A DNA stretch of 64,000 nt from Paragordius varius. Its lineage: Eukaryota; Animalia; Nematomorpha. The translations under genes were made by a program, and so were the position numbers. The stretch is taken from contig OZ176050.1 in NCBI GenBank assembly GCA_964247055.1, forward strand, positions 3,658,001-3,722,000, read 5' to 3'. Positions 24,525 through 38,114 of this stretch are shown one piece after another; the first letter of the stretch is position 1, and each line of letters opens with the position of its first letter. The notes beneath the pieces are model-generated. The model saw only the letters and a list, made by a program, of their open reading frames with translations. It was not told where the DNA came from and did not search any database.

Positions 24525-27500
24525 ATGCCCAAGCACTTCCCACTCCAACGAAAACATTCTAACAATCCGTGCCTCTCAACTGATTCTATTGTCTTGGCCA
24601 ATAAACGCAGATTGGCTAAAATTATCAACAATACTGATTACCGCACATTAAATACTCAATTCAAGATACAATCCAAGATTGATATCAATTTACACAATCT
24701 AACTATTTGCAAAGAATTAGAACTGGTTCACGCCAAAGGCCAAAACACATACCAAAAACTGCATTTACTTGTCCCTCACAACTCCAACTGGGGATGGATA
24801 ATGTAATATTAACAAATAAAAATGAAATTATCAAACGTTGGGAAGAATTCGGTACTTCTCTTTATCATGTCGTCTCTGGTTGGTTGGTTTTTCATAAGTC
24901 GTAAACGACTTTTTGGATATAGTTTTAACTATTTCTTTCCATTTTTTCTATCTTTAACCGCTATATTGAGGTCCAGTGTCATTTTGGTCTCTCATTTTAT
25001 CGTATCCAACTACCTCATCGGTGGTCGGCCTCGTTTCCTTTGCCCTTCTACCTTCCCAAACATTGTATCTTTCTCCAGAGAATTCGTTCGCATGACATGA
25101 CCAAAATATGTTAACTTTCTTTTTAGAATTATCTCCAGGATGTTTGTTTCAGGTTTTATTTCTGTATTATATTTCCATTCTTAATTTTATCCTTCCAGGT
25201 GTATCCTAGCATCCTACGCCAGCAACTCCTTTGGAAAGTCATGAGCCTTTCTTTGTCCCTTTTTCTGAGAGTCCAACTCTCACATCCATATGTGGTGACC
25301 GGGAGAACGAAACAGTAAAGTAATCTTTTTTTGGTTTCAACTCCTACGCTTTTGTTTTTCCAAATCTTTATTAATTTGGTCATCGCTTCTCTACCAATCC
25401 TATTCTCTTTCTGATGTCAGGAGTTGAAGACCCATCCTCTGAAATTATTGCGCCCAAAAACGTAAACTGTTTAACTATTTCTATTTCTACTCCTTCTATT
25501 ATAATTGTAGGCTTTTTTCCTGTACATAATATTTTGGTTTTGTTAGGATTAAGCCTAAGACCATACCTCAAACTTTCCTTTCGAATCTCTTCAATCAATT
25601 CCTTCAAATCATTTGCACTTTCAGCTATAAGTGGTATCGTCTGCAAACCTTAAATTATTGATTGTTCTCCCTCCTATTCTTACTCCAATATTTTTACCGT
25701 CCAACTTCCTCATTATCATTTCTGTGCACATATTGAACAAGCAACACCCTTGTCTGACTCCTTTCAAGATATATATTTCGTCTGTGTCCCCCGCTGATGT
25801 TCTAATAATCGCTCTTTGTTTTACATAGAGAGAGCTTATCAATCTTATTAAGTGAGACGATACCCCTACTAACTTTAATGTTTCCCACAAGGAGTCATAG
25901 TTAATTGAATCGAAGGCTTGTCTGTAATCAATAAAACACATGTATAGTTCTTTCTTGAACTCTTTTGATGTTTCCATTATCCTTCTCATGTTTGAGATAT
26001 GGTCTCTTGTGCTTTTTCCCTTCATAAATCCGGCTTGATTTTCTGGTATTTCTGTCTGTATGATACTGTGCATCCTGTTTTGTATTACTTTTAGTAAGAC
26101 CTTACTAGCGTGGCTAATAAAAGCTATGTTCCGATAGTTCTCACATTGGAGTACATCTCCTTTTTTGTATATTGGGAGATATACAGATGATGTCCAGTCG
26201 TTTGGCCACTCACATGTTTTCCACACCTTTTGACATAACTTGTGTAACGTTTCTAAAAGAATAGCTTTTATGAACTCTATTGGGATATTGTCTAACCCCA
26301 TCGCTTTGTTGTTAGGAATTTGTTTTAAGGCTAATTCAACCTCCCCTCTTAATATATCTGGATCACGTTCTTCTTCTTTTAATTGCAACACCTTTGCTTG
26401 AGGAGCCTGATAGAGTTTTTGGGTGTATTCCTTCTATCTTTCTCGTACTTCTGTTTGTTTGCACAATCTGGTGCCATTCTCTTTTTTAATCTTTTGGGAT
26501 GATATAAAAGGTTTATGAGTCATTTGCTTCAGTTTCTGGAACATTGGTTGCATTAAACCTTTTTTGTTATTTAATTCCACTTCCAGACATTGTTTATTAA
26601 GAAAATCTTCATAATCCTTCCTTGTTTGTAGTTAAAATTCTTTGTTATATAATTTTACCATTTTATTATCACCTCTTTTCTGCTATTTCTAAACTTTTTT
26701 ATGATATCCATTTGTTTTCTTTCCTCTTTACTCTCTGCACTTTTTCTTTTGCCACTTCATTAACAACATTTTTTATCGTTCCCCATAATTGTTCTGAGCT
26801 ACATCCATTGTCCAATCATTCTAATCTATCTTTTGTTTCTGTTCTAAAACTATTTGGAATGTTCCGAGTGTCATATCTGTATATCTGTTTAACCTTATTT
26901 TTAATTATTTTAAGTTTGATTTTGGTTATTAGAAGCTCATGATTGCTAGAGCAATCGCTGCTTTTGCTTGTTTTGGTATCGATTATAGAGCTTTTCCATT
27001 TTTAGGACATATTATGTAATCAATTTGGTTCTTATATTTACCACATGGAGAGGTCCATGTGTACTCCAATTGTGTTGTGGAAACCATGTGTTGGATACCA
27101 TCATCTCATTTTCTTGACAAAAATTGATCAGTGCTTCCCCGGCCTCGTTTCGTTCTCCCAATCCATATGGCCCAACTATTTGATCTACTCTACCTCTACC
27201 AACTTTGCTGTTCCAATCCCTTCCTATGATAGTCATATCTCCTTTCTTCGTTTCATCCAAAACTTTGCAACGTTGCATAAAAGTCCTCTATGTCTTCTTT
27301 GGGAGCGTTTGACTTAGGAGCATAGACTACTATGTATGTAAATTTAAGTGGCTTGGCATTCAGCCTAATACTCATGATTCTGGGTGTATATGGTGTGTAA
27401 CTAATGAGACTTTTATTTAATTTGTTTTTTTTAATACTGCAACGCCTTCTGCTTTCTGGTCATCTCTCCCCAATCTTAACAATGTATAATTTTCGTTTTG

Positions 27501-29640
27501 TACTTTCGCGCTACCTTTTTGCTTGGTTTCCGATAGACCCAGTATATCTAAGTTCAATCTTTCCATTTCGTTTTCAATTATCACCTGTTTGGTTTTTGTT
27601 AAGGAACGTACGTTCCAGCATCCACTTTTGAAAAGTCTTGTTAAGTTCATATAGTAAAACTATTTTTTGGCAGTAATAAACGAGGGCGGTTTGCCATTGC
27701 CTTCCCTGTCACTTACCCTCTTTACAAAAAAAAATAAATATCTAGAAAATTAAAATTAAAGAGTAATCTTTATAAATGTTGTTAATTTGGATAAATTATA
27801 AATATCATATTTCACTCTGTCTAGCAATCATAAAAGAAAAATATAAAGAAATTATGGCTAGGCTAGTAAAAATAAAATAATTAGGCACCAAGGAGTAGAG
27901 AAAAAAGAGAGATATGTATAACAATGATTTTTGATGACTTATGAATCATATTACTCTCTAAATTACATACTTAGCATACAAATAAAAAAAATTCTACAAA
28001 ACAAAGAAAAAGATTAATAATTACTAAAAGGAAACATATTTTTAAATATATTTATAGTATATAATAAAATTAATACTCTCCTTGAATTTCATGCCGCTTT
28101 TAATCACATCATGTCGTCTCTAGTCCACATTTATCCATAACATTCATTAAAGCTTCTGAACTTGATCCCCCAATTTTACCTGATGAAGTTCAATACGCCT
28201 TAAAACAATTTTCATCCTCCAACTCCTTAGGCTACAATGATATTCCAAAAAAAATTCTACACACGGTCCCTCTCTAATTCTTAACTGATCTTTTAAAAAA
28301 AGTTTTTCAAACCTGTATTTGGCCGGATGATTGGATTAAATCTTTTCTGCTACCCTTTTTTATAAAATCTCCATCTCTGTCAAAACTATAAAATGATTGC
28401 TATCACTAATAAACTATTCAAACTTCTTCTCAAGATTATACTCAAAAGAATCTCATCCTCACTGAACTTTTGAATATCTGAGGTGCAGGCTGGCTTTAGA
28501 GCAAAGAGAAACACTGCTAATCACATAATCTTAATCAATAATTCAAAGATACAACGAATTTGGGAAAAGTCTATACTGCTGCTTTTTAGACTTCAGTATG
28601 GCATTCGATACAGTCAACCACGACTGCCTATGGAGAATATTACGATCCTCCGGAGTTTCCCCGCACATAATACTCTTGCTTCAATCGCTGTATTCTAGAC
28701 AAACAGCTGCGTTTAAACCCAGTTCGGTCCCGCCGACTGGTTTCCTATCCTCAGAGGTGTGACAAGGATGTGTCCTTTCTCCCCTCTTATTTAACTTATA
28801 CACAGAAACATTAGTACGCAATTGTAACTTTCCCCAACATATTGGGGCACGGATCGGTGGTCTCACTATTTGCAATCTCCGGTACGCCGACGACACCATC
28901 CTCTTGTTAGAATCCCACACGGACATGACCTATCTTTTATAATCTCACGATCGAAGCATGTTTAATGGGTCTTAAACTGAACCCAGCTAAATCTAAAATA
29001 ATGATCCTAAACGCTCCACAACTACCATTTACAATCAATAACCACCATCGAACTAACTGATCACTGTAAATATTTAGACTCCATAATTACATCCGACGGT
29101 AACTCGGATCCCGACAGAGCACGGCTAGCATGACGTGCTACTATGGGTAAACTGTCCAAAATTTGGAACTCGTCGGTCATAAGATTTCCAACCAAACTTG
29201 CGATCCTGAAGGCGTGATATACCCCGTGGCTAATGGGTCCGAATAATAAATATGCAAATCCATTGACAAAGCCCGCATAAACTCTTTTCAAATGTGGTGC
29301 TTTCGGAAAATATTGAGAATCTCCTGGAAAGCCCACATCAATTCTTATATCCTCAACCTCATCAAACCCGAATTTCTACTTCACGATTTAAACAGCTAAA
29401 ATATCTGGGTCATATCCTGCGATCCGACTCGCTAGAAAAAAGCATAAATTTTGGGTTGGTAGATGGCACCGGCAGAAGGAGCCGACCCAAAAATCGGTGG
29501 ATCGACATGCTTAAATCTATAATAAACCGAATTTTTCCTCAATTGTTGAGAGAATCACAGGATCGTCAAAAATGGAGAACATTAATTTATGATAAAGCTA
29601 AGAGTCACTACATGACTAGCTTGTAAAACACACACATAAT
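24525..29640 (+). mobile_element. Older RTE-clade LINE remnant (plus strand), split by a nested LINE
   Basis: RT motifs in 28122-29626: ILPDEVQYALKQ, QAGFRAKRNTANHI, YADDTILL, KYLGHILR...GRRSRPKNRWID...DRQKWR. The upstream part (IIKRWEEF) lies at 24525-24877. Many stops and frameshifts; (AC)n-like tail at ~29.63 kb. Confidence 0.8.
24878..28107 (-). mobile_element. Full-length RTE-clade (BovB/AviRTE-like) LINE, 3230 bp, frameshifted
   Basis: APE endonuclease (GCWNVRSL, DILGLSET, IIGRDWNSKVG) then RT (CENYRNIAFISHASKVLLKVI, QAGFMKGKSTRDHI, FIDYRQAFDS, GVRQGC, NNLRFADDT). 5' UTR motif GGAAGGCAATGGCAAAC at ~27.69-27.71 kb; (AACC)n 3' tail; perfect 14-bp TSD ATCATGTCGTCTCT (24864-24877 and 28108-28121). 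Confidence 0.92.
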
Positions 29641-29899
29641 TACAGCCGAATAAAGACATTTAGTGAGGAACAAAAAAAATAAAAAACCATATTTGTAATC
29701 AAAATAATAATTTTTATTCTAAATTTATTAAATTCAAACTCTATCCAAAATTTTCGATACATGAGATACAATGGATTAACTATTTAAGGAAAATAATAAT
29801 AAAATTAATTAAAACAAAATTTGAAAATAATATTATAAATTATTCGTTATCTAATTTTTCATTAGGCTACTTTTAACAAAATAGATTTTGAAAATTTAA

Positions 29900-30600
29900 A
29901 ATAATTTTTTAATGATTTTGATTAGCGTTACTCACAGAAACGCCTTATTCGGCAATAATGTTCCAATTATAGTTTGCACCGTGGTGCCTTATAATAAAAT
30001 TTTTAATTGAAAAAAGCATTCGATTGGATTAAGTTGGGGGAATAGGGAGGTAAAAAAATTAACCTATTCCATAAATTTCAAAGCACCGAGGCCTTGTGAA
30101 TCGGTCGCAGACGATAAAAAATGTATTTTCCAAAAATAATTTAAACGCATCCCCCATAAAGGATCCCGTTTTAATGTCAAACTTTATTATACCCACACAT
30201 CCTATCATACATAGAAAGGAAATTGCCCAGAAGGTGCGTATCCATAAATATTCTTTGACTGAAGGAAAAATCCCGATTCATCCAAAACGGGTTTGAGGCG
30301 CATTTGAAGCGTATAATCGTATCTTTTTTAAATAATCTCAAGAGAATTTCTCTCTCTAAGTTCCAAAATACACTTTTTACGGGTGATTTTTAATTTAATT
30401 TTCCGTAATGTTGTGCGAAACCTTGAGTCCTCAATTTAATTTCGCGAGAGTTTTTGTGAATCTTTTCAACCAGTTCAATCAAAGCTGGAATATCCAACTT
30501 TGATTTTCTTAATGTTTTTTGGGGTTGTGTTTCTATGCCTAAAACCGTCTCTGGCCTAAATTTGTTGATGGGCCAATTTATCAACAAATTGCCGAGATCG
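29900..30600 (-). pseudogene. Tc1/mariner-IS630 (DDE_3-type) transposase remnant
   Basis: Minus-strand fragments RKSKLDIPALIELVEK, ITRKK...ERNS, VLDESGFFLQSKNIYGYAPSG, KTGSFMGDAFKLFLE, FLPPYSPQLNPIECFF; disrupted by stops and frameshifts. TIRs not found. Confidence 0.8.
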
Positions 30601-32424
30601 TTTTAAAATGGATTTGAAAATATTCTGTATGCCTTTTTAATTTGCTGTTCTGTCCAAAAATGATATCTTTTAAACAAAAATATACTCTTTTAACTGGCAT
30701 GTCTTTACTAGTAGTTTCATCTGCTACACTATTATTTTAAATGAAAATCATAAAAAAATAACCAAAGGAGTCGTTATATAAATTTTGAGAACCATCATTT
30801 GCATTTTAAATATTAAAATTTGATTCTTCTAAAATTGAGTTATCATAATTATGATTGCTGTTATCCTTACAGAAATCATAAATTCGTCCTAAATAATTGG
30901 TTCTGATCTTATCACAATTATAATTATATTTACCCTGTGTTATAAATATATGTTAATTCCTTGTAAAATACTATCCATATTATACGTAGGATATTTTTGC
31001 AAAAATTTTAAAAAATATCAAGTAAAATAACCATCAACAACATCTGTTTTTTTTTTCAAATTTAGCAAATACATTTTTTCTAATTACACCATGTAATAAA
31101 TACTTTCTGTTGTTTCTACTTACACAATCTTTTAATCATGTGATAATCTTTTTTTTCTTTTAACTTTTCGATTTTTAATATGCTAATATCTTAATGCCAT
31201 GCGTAGCGGCCATTGTTCGAGTTCACGGTGTGCGGCATTTGTGGCAAAGAATTAAAATGGCAATGATCAAAAAATCCTGTATAAACATAATTTTCATTCA
31301 ATTAGCGGTCTTGTTGATAAGGTGTAATTAGAATTATCATATCTACAAGTCAAGTTTTTAATCTTTTAGAAGCTAAAAAGCTCGTTTCTTAATTTTCAGC
31401 GGATAAAGTATATAACGTCATAGTCTGGTTGTGATTCATGAATCCAAAGTAACCGAATAAAGGATTCAGGCGAAGAAGACAATGCTATATATATATGCCA
31501 AGAATATTTCAAGAATTGTTCGTGATCATATGAATATCCTAAATCCATAGTTAGCTCTGATAGCGATTTATTTCCGCTTAAATTTAAAATCCTCGAACAT
31601 GTTAAATTATAAAAATATCCGGTGAATGTAGGATATGGTTTAGATTTTTGTGTGACCATGCTGTTGTTCTTAACATAAATCTGGATAGACGTTGAGCCCA
31701 TACTGTATTCGCATCATACGTTCTATCTTGTTTTTACTGTTTTTTGGTTTCATATCAATTATAAAATTGCCTTCTCTTTGGGATGTAATTTGGGCTCCGT
31801 ATATGTGCAGCAGGAAAAATAATTCCAACACCATTTGAAACAACCATTATATGTCTTCGAATTCGGTGTTGTTCTCGATATCTTGATACCTGGCGTATCC
31901 GCCATCTAAAGCACGCTGAGATGGATCATACATTAGTATTGAATAAAAGTCTATAACTTTTGACTGGATACCAGGCAAATCTTGGTAATCATATTTAACA
32001 CATTTCTGTGACTCTGAACATTTAGGTCCAAACCCACGAGCAATTTCGGATAAAACAAATGTTTATATGAAGTTATAAAACAGCTATTTTACCATATGGT
32101 TTAAAATTTTGTCTCGTCCAATAAAAAGTAGAAATAATAAAATATCCATAAAAATACATAGATTTTTCAATATTGATAAAAATTGGAGATATTGAGGTTA
32201 ATAAATATGGTATTCTTACACTGTAGACTAAATCGGGGCGTAAAATAAAAATATGATGTAATAATTTTGGAAAAATGTATCAAGATTGTATTGCGCTATA
32301 GGAATAACAAGTGATAAAAGTCTTTTGGAATAATTCCATATCAAAAAATGGCAAATTGCTAACATTTTTCGAATCAATTTTTATTTGGTGAAAGCTCACT
32401 GTTTCATTCCAAAAAACATCGTAA

Positions 32425-34141
32425 TCTATATATTTATAAAAAGGGAAAGTGGCTTTGTGATCTGTTTCCGGAAAACCGGTAAACCCATTCAAATCCAAAT
32501 GTCGAAAGAAAATAATCATTAATGGATGCCCCAACAATAGCTTCGTCCTTTTTTTGAATTAGGCCCCCAGTTCGGGCCAACCTGTAAAAAACGGGTTTTT
32601 TTGAAAACTTAAGTCCACAAAAATCGTGTCTTTAAGACAATTTCCCGGAGAACTTTTTCAAATATTATTGTTTACTTATTTTCGATTGCGCCGAATCGGC
32701 TCGCTTTTTTAATTAAGGCCCTCTTTTTACCCGATCCCTGTAAAATGCCATTTTTTCAAAAAAACAAAGTCCACAAAAATAATTTTTTAAATCTATTTTT
32801 CGCCCAAGGTATGAGACCGTAAAATTTTAACAAGGATTCCTGGTATTCCCTGTTAAAAGGCAAAAATTTTAGTCAAGCGTTTCTTTGATGATAGCCGATG
32901 GGTAAGGTGCAACCCGCTAAAAACAGATCCGTGATATCGAAATTAGTTGCCTTTGGGGCTAAATTTCAGAAAACCTATCATGCCATATGAGTTAAATCCG
33001 TGCTTATATTACCCGCAACAAGGCGAAAATTTAGATCATGCGGTTTTTTAAATTTAGCCGTTAATTAGGCCCTCACACCCTGAAAAATGCTCCACCACAG
33101 AATGATTTTTTAATTTTGAGGCAAATTTTCTAAAACTAATGAAAGTATATGGAATCAGGCATGATTACGGGTATTCTCCGTAAAAAGGCATTTTTTCAAG
33201 TCGAGCGGATTTTTTAATTATGCCCAGAAGACTACTTGCGTAAAAATGCGTTACTATATAGATACAGCATGCCTTTGGAGCTAAATTTCAGAAACTTATG
33301 AGACTATGTAAGTTTAATAAGCAAAAATATTTATCACCCCTTAAAAAAAAATATTTTAGTATAGGAGCTCATTTCAATGAGTCTCTAAGAAAAGTTTTAC
33401 GCCCTGAAAAATCTCCGCCATAGAACAATTTTTCGGTTTTGAAGCAATATTTCCAAGAAGTTATTGGAACATATGGACATTATAATTCCAGATATTTCCT
33501 ATATAAAGATAAAAAATTTGCCCGACGCTTTTTTATATCTGACTCTGAATAAGAAGCTATCGGCCAAAACTGTACCACTATATGGAAATTGCGTTGTTTT
33601 GGAACTAATTTAAAACCTATGCCATATGAACTCATTTAAAGTTCGAAATATGACCAGGAACTAGGTAAAGGCTTTTTTTAGTAGCCGTTAATTTAAGGCC
33701 TTTGTGCCCTAAAAATACACCATCATATAACGATTATTTAGTGTTGAGATATTATTTCGAATAACCCATGATACGATGGTCTCAAAAATGATTCCAAATA
33801 TTTTTCCTTTAAAGGCAAAAAATTTAACTTTGCGCTTTTTCCACATAGGCCTATGGATAGGGTTCTACCGATTTAAAACTGAGACGCCATACAAAAATGA
33901 CGTGACTTTGTAGATAATTTTGAAAAAATTTAAGAAGCCATACGAGTTCAATAAAGACTTCAAATATTACCCATAAAAGGTAAAAATTTTAATATAGCGT
34001 TTTTTTCCGTTAGCCGTCAATTTGGGGCCTTTACAAACCTATTAATATATTAGTATGAATGCACTGTTTTGAAAATCCTATGAGATCTTAGCTATTCAAA
34101 AAGCCAAAGGAGTTCCTCGGGCTGCGTAGTAGCCAGAGATT
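32425..34141 (+). mobile_element. Non-autonomous Helitron, long (~1.7 kb) form, 3' end eroded, upstream of tetraspanin copy 1
   Basis: TC head at 32425; degenerate ctcgggctgcgtagtagcc hairpin near 34.12-34.13 kb. Empty paralogous site atcgtaa|tatataataaaacata at ~44.32 kb. Confidence 0.85.
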
Positions 34142-37100
34142 ATGTAATAAAACATATAATTATAACATTATTATATTTTATATGTGTGCGCATTCAAGTC
34201 TCAAATTTTTTTACCCATCTAAAATGGGCAAGTTTTTTTACCCTATAGCAATATAAGTTTTTTCCATGAAATATTAAGCTTAAAAATTCATTAATAAAAT
34301 TTAGGTGACACGAGTTGTATGATTTTGAAAGATAGTGGAAACGGTATTAACACTTTGATTTAAATTAAGGTATCTCAATACCCAAGAATTTATGTTGATT
34401 GTTTTAAAAATAAAAACATTTATAATTTAAATCTTGATAAAATTATATAAATATGCTCAAATATCTATATTAAATTTAGTTTTAAAAAAAATTCCACAGC
34501 AAATTACTTGGACGTTATATTTTACAACATTTTCACATATTATGTGTTTATTTGATTCTAAGGCTAAAATTCTTACTTTTTAATTAAAACCATATTTTAC
34601 AATATATTAAATAGAAAAAGTGATATTTGCATTATTTTATATTTAATATCTGCACACATGTCATGATGGTAAATTTCTAACTTTAGTTTTTACCTATGAA
34701 TAAGTAATATCAAGTTTTAAATTGGGAAAATATAAAATAAAATTAAAACCAATCAAAAATTCTTATTTTAATTTTTGATATACCCTTTTATGTATTTATA
34801 AAAAAATTTATGGTATTTATTTGATAAAAAGTTATTATAAAAATACATAAATTGTTTATATATCATCAATACATATATAGAATGGGAAGAATAAATAAGG
34901 ATAAAAATATTTCGATTAAAAATGGTTCGGACAATGGCAAAATAATATGCATATAATAAAAGAAATTTAATATACATAAATTAAAAATGGATGTTTTGAT
35001 TCTTTGAAACATATTTTTAATAAATGCGCGGTATTTTGATTAAGTTTTTTACATATAAAATATTGATTAAAATTTTTATTGAAATTTTGTAAAGTGTCTA
35101 TTAATGAGATAACGTACTTTTTCTTAAATCTAATGGTTTTTTCTCATTTTTTTAAGGTTAGCGAGGAATGTAATTTTTACAACGAATTATGGTTATTTAT
35201 AATAAAGTTAGTATACTTTTGATAGAGTTCTAAATATTTTCAAAATCATAATTTTTTGATTAAAATAAGTAGTTTTATATCATACATTTTTTGATTATGA
35301 CGGATAGACTATGTATAAAAAAAATTTTAAAAATCCCGAACAGGTTTTATTCATACGAAGGATTACGGCAGAGACAAAGTGATAGTACCATCCCAAATAT
35401 CTGCAAACAAAAATGATTATATTGCCAAATCGTAAAAATATTAAGACAAATATTTTTTCAAAAACAACCATGCTTTTTCAATTTTCAAGTTTTTTAATTC
35501 GTTTGAATGTTATTTGTTACCATTTTATATCTCAATATCATACTTAGTGTTTTAAAAAAATGATTAAAAAAGTATAGCGGTCTTTTAAAAAAACTATTTG
35601 TTTGATAGCATTAATTCTTTATTTTGATACTTAAAAATATTAATATTTCAAAAAAAACATTCCAAATATGTTTAATTTGGATAAAATTTTTATTGTTATT
35701 ATTATAAAAGAAAAATTAATTATAATTCAAGAACCTCTAAAAGTGCTATAGCCAGCGCAACCGCACCCACAACCAATGTTTGACGAGACACCCACGATTT
35801 AATAGAATCCCAGCAGCCCTTATATAATTATATGATATAAATATAAAAATATAATTTAAAGGGGAAAAAATTAAAAAATAATTATAATGTATGCCTCATG
35901 TATTTATGATGCGAAAAACACCATCAGCACACAAAAATATTTAATGTTTCAAATTATATAAGTAACTAACATTATATGTCGTATATAAATGTAAAAATAT
36001 TTTTTTGTAGAAAAAATACGGCATAGCAATCGTAAAACGCGCAAAAACGGTTATTTTGGACACCGAAAAAAAAAGCACAATTTTTAATATTAATAAAATT
36101 TTTCGTTAGGATTCAATGGCACGCTTAATTTTTCAATATTCCATTAAGACTATTTTGTCTAACTTTTTTTCCACAACAAATACATTTTTATACTTTTAAA
36201 AAGGACTACTTTATAAATAAATTCATGGTGAAATAAAAAATATAGATTTAAGTAATCGCAAAAGAAGAAATCCTCATCACAAAAGTGAATTAAATGGGCT
36301 AAAAACAGCCATAAATTTTTTTAAGTCTTAATAAACCAATTCTAATTATTTGTAGCGTAAAGTTTTTTACCAATCAAAAAACAATAACGCAGCCACCATT
36401 GCCAAAAATTCAAAATAAAGGACCAAACAAATAAAATTAACCCTTCATTTGGCTTCAAAATAAATTAAAAACTAATAATAAAATTGCACAAGTTTGCAAA
36501 ATTTTTATCAAATTCAAGTTTTATAACATAATTTATGGTATTTTTTAACTGGTTATTTTATTAGAGGTCATAAAACCATTGATAAATTGATTCGCGATTT
36601 GGTCAGACCCAGTCCTATAGTAATAAAAAATTAGTTTAAAACGCGATATTTATCATATAAATCTCAACTCACTTTGCTGTAATAGTAGCCAGGAGTTTGT
36701 GCTTGACACCTTGAAATATCTGAGATGACAAAATCATCAATATCTCGTTTTCGCATCACACAACACGTTTGTGGTTGTTTCCAAGTGGGGTTAGATCGTG
36801 CCCAAGGAGTATCCATAAAGTCCCCTGGCCCATAAACGCCACAACAGGTAGCCTATTAACATAATTACATTAACATGAATGAAAATGTTGAAAAATATGA
36901 AAATAAAATAGGTAATAGCTCCTAAAAAATAGGGGTAACCCCCTGCGGTCAAATTTGAAATGTTATTAAACTTGGAATAACGGTATTAGCAAACTTAGAG
37001 TAAATTTTATATAAGGACAAAACGTTAAAACAAGAATATTTTTTTATATCAAGACATAGCCATTCGTTTAAAAGCTTGTTTTTTACTATTATAACTTATC

Positions 37101-37908
37101 GTTTTGAGTTTCAATATATGAAATAGAAAAGCGAATTCGACCACTCGAATATATATTTCAAAATTGTATTTATATAATTATTATGTAGAAAAAACCAAGT
37201 TTTTAAAATGTCTCTATTTATAAAAATATTTGTCTTTTAATTTTATTCTTAAGTTTAATTTATGTAAGTCATTTTTTTAGTTAAAGGGTAAGATGATCTC
37301 CCGCTTAGTAAAAAAAATAAATTAGCCAATTTAAATATTAGGACCTTTCATAGTTAATAGAAATTATATTGCATCTGTAAATTTATTCTTGATCAACAGT
37401 TACAACAATTAATAAAAGTTTTTCATATAAAACAAAAATGAAGCATTTAACCTAACCTGAATACAATTAAAGCAATAGGATCCTATGAATGGCATTTTTT
37501 TATATTTTGTTAATTTCCTTGTTTACTATTATACCCTTTAAAAGTTAACCATAAATATTTTTGACGCATAAAAAGACATCCATACTCGCATTAAAAAAAT
37601 TTTTTATAGCCTTATTATATATATATATATATATATGTATATAAACACTGGAAAAAAGTTATAAAAAAATTTGAAACAAAATACTAATAAAATTTACCAA
37701 AACATGGAGATAATCCATGGATCTCGAAATGGTATTTTTTCCATTATCAGCGCCATACTCTGTCCTTATTCGTTGACGTAATCGCAAAGTCACTTGATCT
37801 TTTATCTAAAATTATATATAAAATTTAAAATTCGACAATTTAACTATTTTTATTTAATTAGTAAATTTCATATATAATCAATGTATTAACCTAATCTTAG
37901 TAATGATA

Positions 37909-38114
37909 AAATAATATACAGTTTAGAGTCGCTTTTTTTCCATTTTATTAAGGGTAAGGACTTAAATTGTATCCGGACATGTGAAGGCTTCATAACACTC
38001 GCCTGCCCAGGGCTAACAGTGATATGATGGAAAAACTGTTTAGTTTCGGGGTTAAAACTCTGGCACGGAGTGTAAAAGTCCGGCGCGCCCTACCTCTTAT
38101 CCCAACACGCCTCT
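37909..38114 (-). mobile_element. Putative tRNA-derived SINE (~206 bp)
   Basis: Present only in copy 2; flanked by 12-bp direct repeat TTAGTAATGATA (37897-37908 and 38115-38126). The minus-strand head GGCGTGTTGGGATAAGAGGTAGGGCGCGCCGGACTTTTAC...GAGTTTTAACCCCG has degenerate A- and B-box-like segments. A/T-rich tail. Confidence 0.55.

Larger units (their letters stand above)
18648..32012. mobile_element. 13.4-kb composite insertion in exon 1 of tetraspanin copy 1 (unclassified ends; nest of several TEs)
   Basis: Exon-1 halves flank it: GFGPKCS at ~32.02-32.04 kb and KNLLILFNIVF at ~18.61-18.65 kb. Both ends match the two halves of the 280-bp insertion at the same site in copy 2. The site is uninterrupted in copy 3. 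Confidence 0.75.
12999..32044 (-). pseudogene. Tetraspanin copy 1, pseudogene
   Basis: All seven exons are recognisable (last exon ends 13046; TM4 ~13.45-13.53 kb; LEL ATCCG...PQTCC ~14.4-14.6 kb; ~14.9-15.0 kb; TM3 ~17.9-18.0 kb; exon 2 ~18.37-18.58 kb). The start codon is mutated ATG>ATT (32042-32044), exon 1 is split by a 13.4-kb insertion (18648-32012), and the C-terminal Tyr codon has become TAG. Confidence 0.87.

Noticed and set aside
28181-28188. Other CTGATGA/TCATCAG words (e.g. ~4005, ~8585, ~28181, ~62042) as further hammerheads
   Set aside because: None is followed by a stem II and GAAA; most lie in coding sequence.
18648-32012. Reading the exon-1 insertion as a gained intron (copy 1 begins GTCACAG on the minus strand)
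   Set aside because: No AG acceptor at the far end, copy 2 begins GC at the equivalent position, and both copies carry other disabling changes (ATG>ATT; ~7-nt deletion).
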